From Thermoplasmata archaeon (GTDB lineage: Archaea > Thermoplasmatota > Thermoplasmata > Thermoplasmatales > GCA-001856825): DNA of 64,000 nt. The notes beneath the pieces were generated by a model, which did no database searches, was not told the origin of the DNA, and was given only the letters and a program-made list of their open reading frames with translations. A program made the position numbers and the translations under genes. This document shows, one piece after another, positions 20,582-30,355 of this stretch. The first letter of the stretch is position 1; each line of letters opens with the position of its first letter. The stretch lies in assembly GCA_021792255.1 (NCBI GenBank), contig JAJYUZ010000001.1, positions 64,001-128,000 of the forward strand, written 5' to 3'.

Positions 20582-21700
20582 ATGAAAAAGGATTCAGTTG
20601 TAGTTTCTATTTCAACCGAGAATGGAGCGTATTTTGTTAAATCTGACACGAGCAGGAAGAAGTGGTCAAGGAGCAAGTGTTTCCTTTCCGGAGAGAGCGT
20701 TAACAACGTTGCAATTGATGGAGATGGAAGATTTTACGCCTCAACCCTAACAGAGGGCGTGTTCTCATCAAGCGACAGAGGAGAAACTTGGAAACCTTCA
20801 AACAAGGGACTGCACGTAAGAAAAGTATGGACAGTCGAAGTGGACAAACATCAGGAAGGACTCCTGTACGCCGGGACACAATACGGTCATCTCTTCAGAT
20901 CCACCAACTCAGGAAAGTTGTGGGAGGAGGTAACTGGACTTTATACGGCGCCCCATAGAGAGAACTGGGGGATAGACTGGGGATTTGGTACCACGGGGCT
21001 AACAATCCATTCGATCAAAACCGATCCATATGAGAAGGGGAAACTGTACATAGTCGCTGCAGGGAACGGGACTTACAGAAGTGATGATGCAGGGAATACC
21101 TGGAAGTCACTGAAAGGTGGTATTACCGAATCGTGCCCGATTTTAGGAGGTGAACCACATCCTTCTATTCCAAGCGTCGAGGACAAGGAAAAGATCTCAG
21201 AGCATCTCAACTCGGTGCATTCGTGTACGCACAAGATAGCCCTCTCTTCTTCTAAACCCGGTACAATATATCAGCAGAACCACTGTGGTGTCTATGCTTC
21301 AACGGATTCAGGAAACAAGTGGAAGGACATAAGCAAATCAAAAGAAGACAGACACGGATTTCCTATCATGGTATTAGACGGGAAGAAGGAATCTGTCTTC
21401 GTGATCCCTGCCTATCAAGGTAAGTGCAAGAAGCACAATTCGTGCATTGAGGGACAGATCACTGTCAACAGAACGGAGGACGGGGGTAAGAAGTGGAAAA
21501 AGCTGAGTAACGGCCTACCCAAGGGAATGCATACGGTAGTGCTCCGAGATGGAATGGCTCAGGACTCTCTAGAGGAACCCGGGGTCTATTTCGGAACTTC
21601 AACTGGAGAACTATTTGGTTCCATTGACTTGGGTGAATCATGGAACAAACTTGCAAGCGGACTAGGCAGAATTCAGGGCGTCTCTGCCTTCAATATCTAG
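20582..21700 (+). CDS. BNR/Asp-box beta-propeller protein
   Basis: Six Asp-box-like motifs (SSDRGETW, STNSGKLW, SDDAGNTW, STDSGNKW, TEDGGKKW, SIDLGESW); HSCTHK and QQNHCG; no signal peptide. Confidence 0.85.
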   Translation: MKKDSVVVSISTENGAYFVKSDTSRKKWSRSKCFLSGESVNNVAIDGDGRFYASTLTEGVFSSSDRGETWKPSNKGLHVRKVWTVEVDKHQEGLLYAGTQYGHLFRSTNSGKLWEEVTGLYTAPHRENWGIDWGFGTTGLTIHSIKTDPYEKGKLYIVAAGNGTYRSDDAGNTWKSLKGGITESCPILGGEPHPSIPSVEDKEKISEHLNSVHSCTHKIALSSSKPGTIYQQNHCGVYASTDSGNKWKDISKSKEDRHGFPIMVLDGKKESVFVIPAYQGKCKKHNSCIEGQITVNRTEDGGKKWKKLSNGLPKGMHTVVLRDGMAQDSLEEPGVYFGTSTGELFGSIDLGESWNKLASGLGRIQGVSAFNI

Positions 21701-21739
21701 CAAAATCCATTTCATTTCAGATTCGATTATTGCGAAAAA

Positions 21740-21812
21740 TGGGCCCGACCGGATTCGAACCGGTGGTCTCCTCCGTGTCAGGGAGACGTCATAGCCGCTA
21801 GACCACGAGCCC
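21740..21812 (-). tRNA. tRNA-Val (anticodon GAC)
   Basis: Reverse complement GGGCTCGTGGTCTAG...TCTCC-CTGACAC-GGAGG...GGTTCGAATCC...CGGGCCCA cloverleaf. Confidence 0.96.
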
Positions 21813-21852
21813 TAACTCGTCAGTATTGCGTCAATAATAATTTTTTCTTTTA

Positions 21853-22623
21853 TTATTCGGCGGTTGCCAATATCATGCCGAAGTATTCCTGAAGATAATA
21901 ATAATGAAACTTAGGTACAAGATTTCCTTGATCTGCAAACCCGTGAAACATCAACAAATTCCAGTAACTATCGGGTTTTGCAGAAGCAATATGGTCTTCG
22001 CTCAGATGAGCAATATCATCAAATCTATTAGTCCTGATGGCTTTTATCACTGTCTTGTCGTACCTCTTCGCTTCAGTATTAAATCCATAAGGACCGGTTT
22101 TTGAGTGCGTATGAGCCTGATCTGCACTGAAAACTACAGAGACTTTTTCGTCAAGTCCTGAAACAATATCGAACAGCCTTCTTCCAAGTTCTATAAGCTG
22201 GTTCCTCTTAGTAGTCCTCCATTGTCCTAACATTGAAACCTTCTTTGTGCAAAAAAATGTGAGAGGTATAAGTGCGCCAAAATCAACTGGGAACGTTGAT
22301 AACTCTCCCTCTGCAGTAACAAAATTGGTCTCGACAAAATATTTTGATGATTTTATCAGAAGAGAATTTAGTTCTCTGTCTGTCACATATTCGCCTTTTA
22401 GTGTAATTTTTCCGATCCTGTATCTCCCTGAAAGATATTGTGTATTTATCACCGGTAGGCCGGAAGGGATTCTCAATGAGTGCGGACTTATGATGAGTAC
22501 GGAATCCGCCGAATCACCCCTCGTAGCTTTTATAATTGCTTCGTTCATTAATCTGCTTTCCTTGTTTGGCAGAGAAAGGATCTCGTCACCGTGAGGAATT
22601 AAATATGTCCCTACAAGTGTCAC
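21853..22623 (-). CDS. LigB/Memo-fold (extradiol dioxygenase class III-like) protein
   Basis: IPHG; ISPH; DFGALIPL; SADQAH; YFGM. Confidence 0.75.
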   Translation of the reverse strand: MTLVGTYLIPHGDEILSLPNKESRLMNEAIIKATRGDSADSVLIISPHSLRIPSGLPVINTQYLSGRYRIGKITLKGEYVTDRELNSLLIKSSKYFVETNFVTAEGELSTFPVDFGALIPLTFFCTKKVSMLGQWRTTKRNQLIELGRRLFDIVSGLDEKVSVVFSADQAHTHSKTGPYGFNTEAKRYDKTVIKAIRTNRFDDIAHLSEDHIASAKPDSYWNLLMFHGFADQGNLVPKFHYYYLQEYFGMILATAE

Positions 22624-23853
22624 CTATTTCACGTATTCAGTTATCTTTCTTTGGCGTTTAATTATTTGGTAAGTTTTACTGTTTGCCCGGAGATCTACCT
22701 TTCTTCTAATCTTGATGATGTCAAAAAATTGATCGATACTGTCTAGGTAATTTTCTGCACGTAGCGCAATCTTGACGTTCTCTCTGACCTGCCAGACTCC
22801 AAGGGGGATTGTGTAATCTCCATCCACGAATCTGAATACGAGGATATTGCCTTTTTTCTCCTTCTTTTTCAGATAATCCAGTATTGGCAGCTTGGCTGCA
22901 AAGAAAGCTCCGGCAATCCTTGGATTAACTACCATTCTTCCAGGTTTCTCATAGTCGCCTTCAGCACTAGACTCTCTAGGGCCTGCCCATATGGATCCGT
23001 TATTCCAGAGTTCTATCATCTCGAACGAATAATCGCCAGGCACGATCAGGATATAGTATTCGTTTCCTATTCTTTTGAAGTGAAAGTACACATTTCCCTC
23101 GACTTCTGCGCAATTCCGAACAAATGGGATAAGCTGATCAGAAAGGGTTTTGTCGACAGCAGTTATAGACCATCTAGTCGGAACTATTTTCCTGTTTTTC
23201 GTCTTTCCAAGCATCCCGGCAGAGAATACCTTTTCGATCGCGTAAATGGAAGTCTCGGAATATAGAAGCTTCAATGCATCTACGGTCTTAAGATCGGTAT
23301 CGTAGTAGACTTTCTCCAAATTGGGATGCGAAGGAGAACTTTCGTGATAGAAATTCTTGGCGTACCCTCCTGGACCAAAGGGCTGCGATTCTGCCGAGAA
23401 ATCGATCTTTCTCTCGGTCGAAGAATATTCTATTTCACTGAACACAGGTCTTGACGACAGTATCAAGTCGTGCAACTCTAGAAGATAGTTGTTGGGGTCA
23501 GAAGGTGAAGAAATCGGCAGAATTTTATAACCTCTGTATAGAGAAAAACGCAACTTTGCTATTTGATCCAGCGTCAGTCTGCCCCACTGGTCAGGTCGTT
23601 CATAGATTGAAGTATCTCCCCTCCTGACAGGGAGAGCCGGTCCAATCCTAACTTTTGGATATCCAAACTGTCCAACAAAGATTGAAGGCGGGCTGTCTCC
23701 CGAGACGTCATTGACTTCTAGCGAGATCCCTTGGGTGAGATATGCCTTTGCGACGATAGGACAAGCAGATTTTCCACAGAGAAGTTTTGAACCTTTGCAT
23801 CTGATGCAGAGACTTACTGGAATGTTCTTTAATTCGTCGTCTAAGTGTATCAT
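22624..23853 (-). CDS. Nre family DNA repair protein
   Basis: CIRCKG-LLCG-CP Zn motif; SPPSIFVG-GYP; VPTRWSITAVD; PLGVWQVRE; C-terminal PIP QRKITEY. Start corrected to ATG 23853. Confidence 0.9.
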   Translation of the reverse strand: MIHLDDELKNIPVSLCIRCKGSKLLCGKSACPIVAKAYLTQGISLEVNDVSGDSPPSIFVGQFGYPKVRIGPALPVRRGDTSIYERPDQWGRLTLDQIAKLRFSLYRGYKILPISSPSDPNNYLLELHDLILSSRPVFSEIEYSSTERKIDFSAESQPFGPGGYAKNFYHESSPSHPNLEKVYYDTDLKTVDALKLLYSETSIYAIEKVFSAGMLGKTKNRKIVPTRWSITAVDKTLSDQLIPFVRNCAEVEGNVYFHFKRIGNEYYILIVPGDYSFEMIELWNNGSIWAGPRESSAEGDYEKPGRMVVNPRIAGAFFAAKLPILDYLKKKEKKGNILVFRFVDGDYTIPLGVWQVRENVKIALRAENYLDSIDQFFDIIKIRRKVDLRANSKTYQIIKRQRKITEYVK

Positions 23854-24023
23854 TCTGGAGGCAGTAAATTGGGTATCCCTTCTTCGATGGGATACTTTGT
23901 ATTGCACTTCACACACTCCAGTACTCCTTCCAGAATCTCGTCTCCTTGAACTTTGTCGATCTTTAGTGTCAGGTCTTCCTTGCAGACAGGACAGCATATT
24001 ATGTCAAGAAGTTCCTTCTTCAC
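23850..24023 (-). CDS. trm112: Trm112 family methyltransferase activator (57 aa; not in ORF track)
   Basis: Read by hand: MKKELLDIICCPVCKEDLTLKIDKVQGDEILEGVLECVKCNTKYPIEEGIPNLLPPE*; GTG start; ATGA overlap with the nre start. Confidence 0.92.
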   Translation of the reverse strand: MKKELLDIICCPVCKEDLTLKIDKVQGDEILEGVLECVKCNTKYPIEEGIPNLLPPE

Positions 24024-24079
24024 ATCTGCTAAACGAGTCTATCGATTAATAGGTTGTGCAGATTTCGCAACTAGCAAAA

Positions 24080-24730
24080 TCACTTTCTGCCAAAAACTAT
24101 CGAGGCAGAAGGTGACACGAATCTTCTGATTTTGACTTCTTTAAAACCTGCCTTTCTCATCTCTTCCGCGACGACTTCTGGAGACTTGAAATTCTTGACT
24201 GTCATTGCGAGGTAATTATAGGAACCCGAGGATGAAACAAGTTTTGCAATCCTTGGCAGCAATTTGTAGAAGTAAAGCGAGAAAAATTCCGATAGACCTT
24301 TCCTCTTTTCTGGGAACGCATCCAAATTGGCCATAATGCCACCTTCTTTTAGAGTTCTAATCCCCTCTCGAAAGTAATCCTCCGTTGACGGGAGGTTTCT
24401 GAGCACGAAAGAAGAGACAATTGCGTCGAAAACATTCTCCTTTATGGGCATTTTGGTTGCCGAAGCAAGAAGTAACTTTCCTTTGTTCCTGTTCAGAGCA
24501 ATCATCTCTCTCGTTATATCGATACCGACAAAGTCTCCCGTTGGGCCAGCTAGACTCTCCAGCTTACCAGTTCCAGTTCCTACATCAAGGACTCTCCCCG
24601 ATTTAGGTATTATCTTCAGAAGAGACAATCGCCAGAATATGTCCATTCCTAGTGACATGTAGGTATTCATCTTATCATAAATAGAAGGTATTTCCTTGAA
24701 TACCGCTTTCACTTTTTCTACGTCTGGCAT
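24080..24730 (-). CDS. UbiE/MenG-type SAM-dependent methyltransferase
   Basis: YDKMN-MSLG-D-WR; LDVGTGTG; FVLRN; YNYL. Confidence 0.85.
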   Translation of the reverse strand: MPDVEKVKAVFKEIPSIYDKMNTYMSLGMDIFWRLSLLKIIPKSGRVLDVGTGTGKLESLAGPTGDFVGIDITREMIALNRNKGKLLLASATKMPIKENVFDAIVSSFVLRNLPSTEDYFREGIRTLKEGGIMANLDAFPEKRKGLSEFFSLYFYKLLPRIAKLVSSSGSYNYLAMTVKNFKSPEVVAEEMRKAGFKEVKIRRFVSPSASIVFGRK

Positions 24731-24771
24731 CCACTCATGAAAGTATTTATTCTATTATACCTTGTTGAGAA

Positions 24772-25428
24772 GTGAGCGGGCCAGTTATCAGTCTAGGCGG
24801 TTCCATATTTTCTAAAACTGATGAAAAGTACCTCTTGGAATTCATAGAAAGGATCAGAGAAGAAGAGGGGTATGCAATCGTTGTTGGCGGAGGACCAATT
24901 GCTAGAGACCAAATTTCAAAACTGAGAGCTATTGGCGCGAAGGAGTACTACTTGGACATGATGGGTATTCAGGCAACCAGACTCAACGCTACAATGGTCT
25001 CTTTGGCTCTCGGAAATCTGATGGATGTTCCAAAATCCATCGACGAGGCCGTCCGGCAAATGAAACTATATAAAAGGGTAATCATGGGTGGGACCGAGCC
25101 AGGGCACACAACAGATGCTGTTTCTCTTCTGCTAGCAGAAGCTCTCAGTCGGGAGACAGTGGTCAACGTAACGAACGTAGATTACCTGTACGACAAAGAT
25201 CCAAAGTTGAAAGATGCAAAGAAGATCGAAAAAATATCCTACTCCTCAGCTGTTGAAATGATAACTTCTGAAAAAAGAGGAGCAGGACAGAATTTTCCAC
25301 TGGACATACTTTCCCTAAACATAGCAAGAAGGAGCAACATTAAGATCAAGATTGTATCCTTCAGAGATTCATTAAATGTATTCAATGCCATAACTGGGAA
25401 GAAATTTAGAGGAACAACAGTCAGCTGA
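24772..25428 (+). CDS. pyrH: UMP kinase
   Basis: SLGGS; VVGGG; D-MGI-ATRLNA; GGTEPGHTTDAV; YDKDP. Confidence 0.95.
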   Translation: MSGPVISLGGSIFSKTDEKYLLEFIERIREEEGYAIVVGGGPIARDQISKLRAIGAKEYYLDMMGIQATRLNATMVSLALGNLMDVPKSIDEAVRQMKLYKRVIMGGTEPGHTTDAVSLLLAEALSRETVVNVTNVDYLYDKDPKLKDAKKIEKISYSSAVEMITSEKRGAGQNFPLDILSLNIARRSNIKIKIVSFRDSLNVFNAITGKKFRGTTVS

Positions 25429-25469
25429 CGACCCACTCAGGAATTTCTTATCAGGTGCTTATTGCACTA

Positions 25470-26312
25470 TTAAAGCACTGAAAGAATTATCAAAACCGTG
25501 AAAAGAAAGTGTATTGCTACAGAATAGTTCGTTTGTCTTGAAATTTTTAGAGGGGACTTGGGAAGAAAGACAATATGAATCAGGGACGCAATGAATACGA
25601 TGGTTGCCGCCACCACGAGACCCCTGAAGATCGAAATCATAATGGCAGCGGTCAGGAGCATTATCGGATATACCGTTCTAAAGTATCTTACCCTTATTCC
25701 GTTCTCTCTATCTTCAGGAAGATGGTGAAGATATCTTATCGACGAAGCGAGCAGACCAAGACTGAGCGAGACCAGAATGGTCTCCAGAGTTATCTGTTGA
25801 TCTAGTGCTATTATTGTTCCTAGGACAGGAAAAGGACCGAACGAAAAAAAAGTCGCAAGCTCTCCTATTCCCCTAGCGCCCAACCTGATTGGCGGCACTA
25901 CGTACAACAATGAGAGAAAAACCGCAGTGAGCCCCAGATAAAGAAGGAGGAGACTCTTAGTCAAATACACCACAGTCAGTCCGACTGAGACTGCAAGGAT
26001 GATCATTGTCGCGAATGAATACCTGAGGACTACGGGCCTGACTTTCAGTTTTTCGATGAAGTAAGAGCCTAGGGGGAATAAGGTATCGTCGTTTCTCAAT
26101 GCTCTGCTGCTGGCGTGGTCATAATAGTCCATAGCCAGATTCATTCCGGCTTGCATGGATATCGTGACGACTAATAGAAGAGGTACAAGGTAGGAAATCT
26201 CGAAATGCACAAATCCCCATCCGATCAGGACTGGGCTAATGCTCGTAAAGTAGATTGGTGCCTTTAGCCCCTTAATAAAGTCCCACGCCTTCATTTCTCC
26301 CTGTGATTCCAT
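25470..26312 (-). CDS. UbiA/MenA family prenyltransferase (probable DHNA polyprenyltransferase)
   Basis: Multi-TM; NLAMDYYD; YVVPPIRLGARGIGE; HHLPED. Confidence 0.8.
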   Translation of the reverse strand: MESQGEMKAWDFIKGLKAPIYFTSISPVLIGWGFVHFEISYLVPLLLVVTISMQAGMNLAMDYYDHASSRALRNDDTLFPLGSYFIEKLKVRPVVLRYSFATMIILAVSVGLTVVYLTKSLLLLYLGLTAVFLSLLYVVPPIRLGARGIGELATFFSFGPFPVLGTIIALDQQITLETILVSLSLGLLASSIRYLHHLPEDRENGIRVRYFRTVYPIMLLTAAIMISIFRGLVVAATIVFIASLIHIVFLPKSPLKISRQTNYSVAIHFLFTVLIILSVL

Positions 26313-26366
26313 AGTAACATAATTATATTATCCGAGTCGCACTCAAAAAAAGACATGCACCGTGAT

Positions 26367-28049
26367 TCATTTTCTCGATGAATGGAGATACCTGTAAATC
26401 ATGAATATCAGTTTCTTTTCCGGTGTCGTTGGAGTGCCCCACATTATCTGTTTCTTCAAGACCGTATACTTGTCTGCACAGTTCCTTATCAGTGCTTCAC
26501 CTTTAGACATCATTCCGTAGTCTCCGACTCTCGACAATCTGACTGCAAGTCTGCTAGTTTCCAGTACGTGGTGCGATTTTTCGTACTCCTCATTTTCGAT
26601 GTATCCCAACTGTTCCTTCTCCTTGAGCAGCATATCTATAGCGTCGTAGGTCGTTTCTACTATGGTCCGTCGATCCATCCAGTCGGTCTCGTAATTGAGG
26701 TAATCCTCCCACGTCCTTCCACGATCGAGTCCATTGTAGTGATCTAGAAGTGTTTTGAATCTGAGTCTGTAACCCGTTGAAGGATTTTCGAATGACTTCG
26801 AACCAGGATCGAGAAACGGAGATAGTGGAGAAGTGAAGATGAACAGTCTCTTATCGTTTCCACTCGATTCCATCAGATGCTTTGCATATTTTACATCGTC
26901 CAGTGAGCTATCTCTAGTCTGTCCACTCAGTCCCACCATAAAGTATACGTCTAGTTTCTTCCCCCCCAAGTCCAAGAAGTCAAAAACAAATTTCTCCAAT
27001 TCCTTATTACCGTAAGGTCTCCCATTTTGAAGTCTGATGTCGTAATTCGAAGAGTCAGGAGAAATTTCCATCGAAACGTCTGGAGAAGCTCCAAACAGTT
27101 TCTTCATGCGTTCTCTTGGGTGAGGAATGAACACTTCCATCAGCAATGGCACGTCCATTCCTTCCTTTTTTAGGTTGTTGAAGATATAATCTATTTCCTT
27201 TTCCGATCGCATCAACAGATCTCCAGCCACGAATACTGGGATTTTAAGCTCGTTATTTATCCTCATTATGTCTTCAACTATTCGCTTGGATGACCTATAA
27301 ATTGGCCCAGCTCTATGGTAGAAGTTTTTGAACGCGTAGTATGACCCACCACATATTCCACAACTGTAGGCGCAACCGTGGGTCGAAAGAACCATTGCAA
27401 CAGGTTCTTTCAGCCAGTCGCAGTAAGGTAAGTGTCCAGAGATGTCCATCGTTTTAATGGAACTCTTTATAATTTCTGAATAATCGAACTCCTGGTAGTC
27501 CATGTCTGGGGTAAAGGTGAATCCATTGTCTTTGGTCTTCCCATCTGTCTTGTATATAGCATTGGGGATTTCCTCCATGTCCTTACCAGCTAAGACCATC
27601 TCCATTGGCTGTTCTGTCGTGTCTCCTCTAATCACGATATCTACATCTTTCGTTTTTGACATAATTTCGGTGGCATAATATGTGGCTGAGAAACCTCCCA
27701 GCATTACCTTTATGTCTGGTCTCTCTTCCTTTATTATACGTGCCAGGCTAAGTGCGCCGTGGACGTGGGGAAGCCAGTGAAGGTCTATCCCAATGTATTC
27801 CGTATCTAGTTTCAAGAGTTCTTCGTTGAAATTGTATCTCTTTGAACTCAGCATCTTTAGCGCGATATTGTCAATCCTCACTTTGTACCCTCTTGAATTT
27901 AGGTAGGAGAGGATCGCAAGAAAACCGATAGGATACATTTCGAATACGCCGGTGCTGGGCACAAGCTCAGAAATCGGACCTGCTACGATATCCCTCTTCC
28001 TGAAATCGTATATAGAAGGGGGATGCATCAGGACAAGGTCATATCTCAC
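26367..28049 (-). CDS. B12-binding domain / radical SAM protein (Ta0216-like family)
   Basis: HPPS-YDFR; FEMYP-GF; DLHWLPHVHG; GGFSAT; CAYSCGIC (CxxxCxxC); PFLDPGS. Confidence 0.88.
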   Translation of the reverse strand: MRYDLVLMHPPSIYDFRKRDIVAGPISELVPSTGVFEMYPIGFLAILSYLNSRGYKVRIDNIALKMLSSKRYNFNEELLKLDTEYIGIDLHWLPHVHGALSLARIIKEERPDIKVMLGGFSATYYATEIMSKTKDVDIVIRGDTTEQPMEMVLAGKDMEEIPNAIYKTDGKTKDNGFTFTPDMDYQEFDYSEIIKSSIKTMDISGHLPYCDWLKEPVAMVLSTHGCAYSCGICGGSYYAFKNFYHRAGPIYRSSKRIVEDIMRINNELKIPVFVAGDLLMRSEKEIDYIFNNLKKEGMDVPLLMEVFIPHPRERMKKLFGASPDVSMEISPDSSNYDIRLQNGRPYGNKELEKFVFDFLDLGGKKLDVYFMVGLSGQTRDSSLDDVKYAKHLMESSGNDKRLFIFTSPLSPFLDPGSKSFENPSTGYRLRFKTLLDHYNGLDRGRTWEDYLNYETDWMDRRTIVETTYDAIDMLLKEKEQLGYIENEEYEKSHHVLETSRLAVRLSRVGDYGMMSKGEALIRNCADKYTVLKKQIMWGTPTTPEKKLIFMIYRYLHSSRK

Positions 28050-28138
28050 TGGAAGGTAATTATAACCACAAATTTAATGGATTTGGGAATAAACGAAAAA
28101 AAATTAATCTTCAAATTCTATTAACTTCTGGTGAAAGA

Positions 28139-29257
28139 ATGAGAGTTCTTGTTCTCGGAGGTGGCATGGTTGGCGAGGGCATTGCCTACGCCCTTAGGTC
28201 CGATAATGATGTTACGATTGCCGACTATAGCTCAGATACACTCCAACGACTTAAGAAAAAATTGGGAGTTAATACAGTAAAAGTGGACGCATTCAAGGAA
28301 CCTTTGGCCCCCGTGATGAAGGATTTTGACGTAGTATCGGGAGCGCTGCCAGGAAGACTGGGAATGAAGGTGATCAAGGAGGCTTGCAACGCGGGCGTCA
28401 ACCTTGTAGATAACAGCTTCATGGAAGAGGATTTTTACAGCCTGGAGAAGGAAGCTAAAGACTCCGGAATTACGATAGTTCCTGACGCAGGAATAGCTCC
28501 AGGCCTTTCTAACGCGATAGTAGGTAGAATCGCCTCGGATTACGAGTATCTGGAAAATGTAGAGATAAAAGTGGGAGGCCTTCCAGAAAAGAACATACCT
28601 CCAATCGGATACAAGGTAGTCTTTTCGCCGATGGATACCTTGGATGAGTTTACCAGAAAGGTTCAAATCATACAAAATGGAAAGTTGACTGAGACTGAAC
28701 CCGGCGAAGGTCTGGAATATTTCTTTGTTAATGGTCTCGGCTCGCTTGAGGCATTCTACACTAACGGACTGAGGTCTCTTCTGCGTAACATCAAGGCGAA
28801 GAACATGGTAGAAAAGACCGTCAGGTACAGGGGGCATATCGAAAAGATGAACTTTTTGAAAGATCTTGGTCTTCTTGGAGAATCAAAAGTGGATTTGAAT
28901 GGTAACGAAATAGTACCGAAGGAACTTCTAGCCGCCCTGTTTCTGAAAAATCTCAGCTTTCCGGAGATCGGAGATGTGCTCTACATGGAAATTAGGGTGA
29001 CACCCGCCAGGGGAAAAGAAGATATCGTATATACGGTATTTGATAAAGAGGATCCAAAGACTGGATACACTGCCATGACGAGAACGACGGGCTTTACCAA
29101 TGCTTCTGTCGCAAGTCTGATGCTAAAGGGAATGATCAAAGAGAAAGGGATTATTCCGCTTGAGGTGGTTGGAAGAGACCCAAAGAACTTCAACGAAATC
29201 ATAGGATTCCTCGAAAAGATGGGAGTATTCGTCTCTGGCCCAGAAAAATCTAGATGA
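28139..29257 (+). CDS. Saccharopine dehydrogenase family / lysine 6-dehydrogenase-like
   Basis: GGGMVG; DAGIAPGLSN; VGGLP; EKTVRY-GH; AMTRTTG. Confidence 0.85.
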   Translation: MRVLVLGGGMVGEGIAYALRSDNDVTIADYSSDTLQRLKKKLGVNTVKVDAFKEPLAPVMKDFDVVSGALPGRLGMKVIKEACNAGVNLVDNSFMEEDFYSLEKEAKDSGITIVPDAGIAPGLSNAIVGRIASDYEYLENVEIKVGGLPEKNIPPIGYKVVFSPMDTLDEFTRKVQIIQNGKLTETEPGEGLEYFFVNGLGSLEAFYTNGLRSLLRNIKAKNMVEKTVRYRGHIEKMNFLKDLGLLGESKVDLNGNEIVPKELLAALFLKNLSFPEIGDVLYMEIRVTPARGKEDIVYTVFDKEDPKTGYTAMTRTTGFTNASVASLMLKGMIKEKGIIPLEVVGRDPKNFNEIIGFLEKMGVFVSGPEKSR

Positions 29258-29898
29258 AGGCAATTTCTCTTCTATCTGGAGGGAAGGATTCATTTCTGAG
29301 CCTAATCATTGCCCTCTCCGTGGGCATGGATGTTGAAAGAACTATAACCGTTAAGGCTGAGCAAGACTCGTACATGTTTCACTATCCTAACGCAGAACTT
29401 GGGAGTAAATTGTCTGAGGCACTGGGTATAAGCAATTCCCTTATTATGGAATCAGAATTTAACAGAATGATTTCTAGGTATCCCGGATACTTCTTAATAG
29501 CTGGAGCGGTTGAGTCGGAATATCAGAAGACCAATTTGGAAGAGATATGTGAAAACTTTGGGTTGAAGACTTTCTTTCCTCTGTGGAGAAAGAATCAGGA
29601 ATCAATAATAGTGGATTTTATTTCCACGGGCTCGGAAGGAATTTTCGTTTCCGTCGCAGCCGAAGGGCTCGGTTTAAATCTCTTAGGCAAGCCAATCAAT
29701 GAAGATTCCCTCGAGATACTAAAGAAGATGAACAAAAAATACGGAATTTCAATTGTTGGCGAGGGAGGGGAGTATGAGACACTGATAACGTGCTCTCCTT
29801 TCTCTGCAACGTGCATAAAAATTGTTCATTCAGTTATTATTGACCGAGGGATTCAGAAGAACCTAATAATAAAGAATTACGAGACAGTTAATCCCTGA
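29254..29898 (+). CDS. Diphthine--ammonia ligase (Dph6) family
   Basis: PP-loop SGGKDS; SYMFH; S-YQK; PLW; GEGGEYET. Confidence 0.9.
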   Translation: MKAISLLSGGKDSFLSLIIALSVGMDVERTITVKAEQDSYMFHYPNAELGSKLSEALGISNSLIMESEFNRMISRYPGYFLIAGAVESEYQKTNLEEICENFGLKTFFPLWRKNQESIIVDFISTGSEGIFVSVAAEGLGLNLLGKPINEDSLEILKKMNKKYGISIVGEGGEYETLITCSPFSATCIKIVHSVIIDRGIQKNLIIKNYETVNP

Positions 29899-30355
29899 TA
29901 AAGTGGGACACTCCAGAGGGATCACTCATCGAGATGGTGAAGCGCAATTTACCCTCTACGGCATCTTTAATCTTTCTTTCTATTTCTTCCACTTTTTTAC
30001 GGTCTTCAAATAAGGGCAAGAGTTTTAGAAATCTGTTGAGAAGCCCCTCGACGTTGGTGATGAATGACTCAGCTAATGGACCGGGATAGAGCTCGAGTCC
30101 AAGCTCCGGAATCAGCATTGTCGCTCCGCTTCCCCTTACCAATTTGATGTCAAGATCCTTCTTTTCTCTTATCTCCACGCTGTCTTCTTTCTGGAAATTG
30201 CCCTGGAAAGCGAAATCGTTGATCCTGTATCCACACTTCTTGCACCTCATGTAGTAGTGAATAACGTTTCCAAAGTGCGGAATGTCCAACTCGTCCATGC
30301 CTTTCTCCATCGACTTCTCCGAACAAGCAGGACAGGCTATATCTGTTTCGTCCAT
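29888..30355 (-). CDS. ZPR1 zinc-finger protein
   Basis: CPAC...IPHFG...CKKCGY; IPELG; ITNVEGLL; DPSG. Confidence 0.92.
   Translation of the reverse strand: MDETDIACPACSEKSMEKGMDELDIPHFGNVIHYYMRCKKCGYRINDFAFQGNFQKEDSVEIREKKDLDIKLVRGSGATMLIPELGLELYPGPLAESFITNVEGLLNRFLKLLPLFEDRKKVEEIERKIKDAVEGKLRFTISMSDPSGVSHFIRD

Noticed and set aside
23854-23997. 48-aa N-terminal extension of the Nre ORF in the track
   Set aside because: Out-of-frame read-through of the trm112 gene; the real start is ATG 23853.
25293-25304. Partial reverse ORB-like TTTTCCACTGGA in pyrH (also CCACTGGA in cdc6 near 54393)
   Set aside because: Isolated, intragenic, and without a G-string.
26312-26336. TAACATAA-TTATA-TTATCCG resembling a XerD arm
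   Set aside because: Spacer is 5 bp, not 6, and it coincides with the expected promoter of the prenyltransferase gene.
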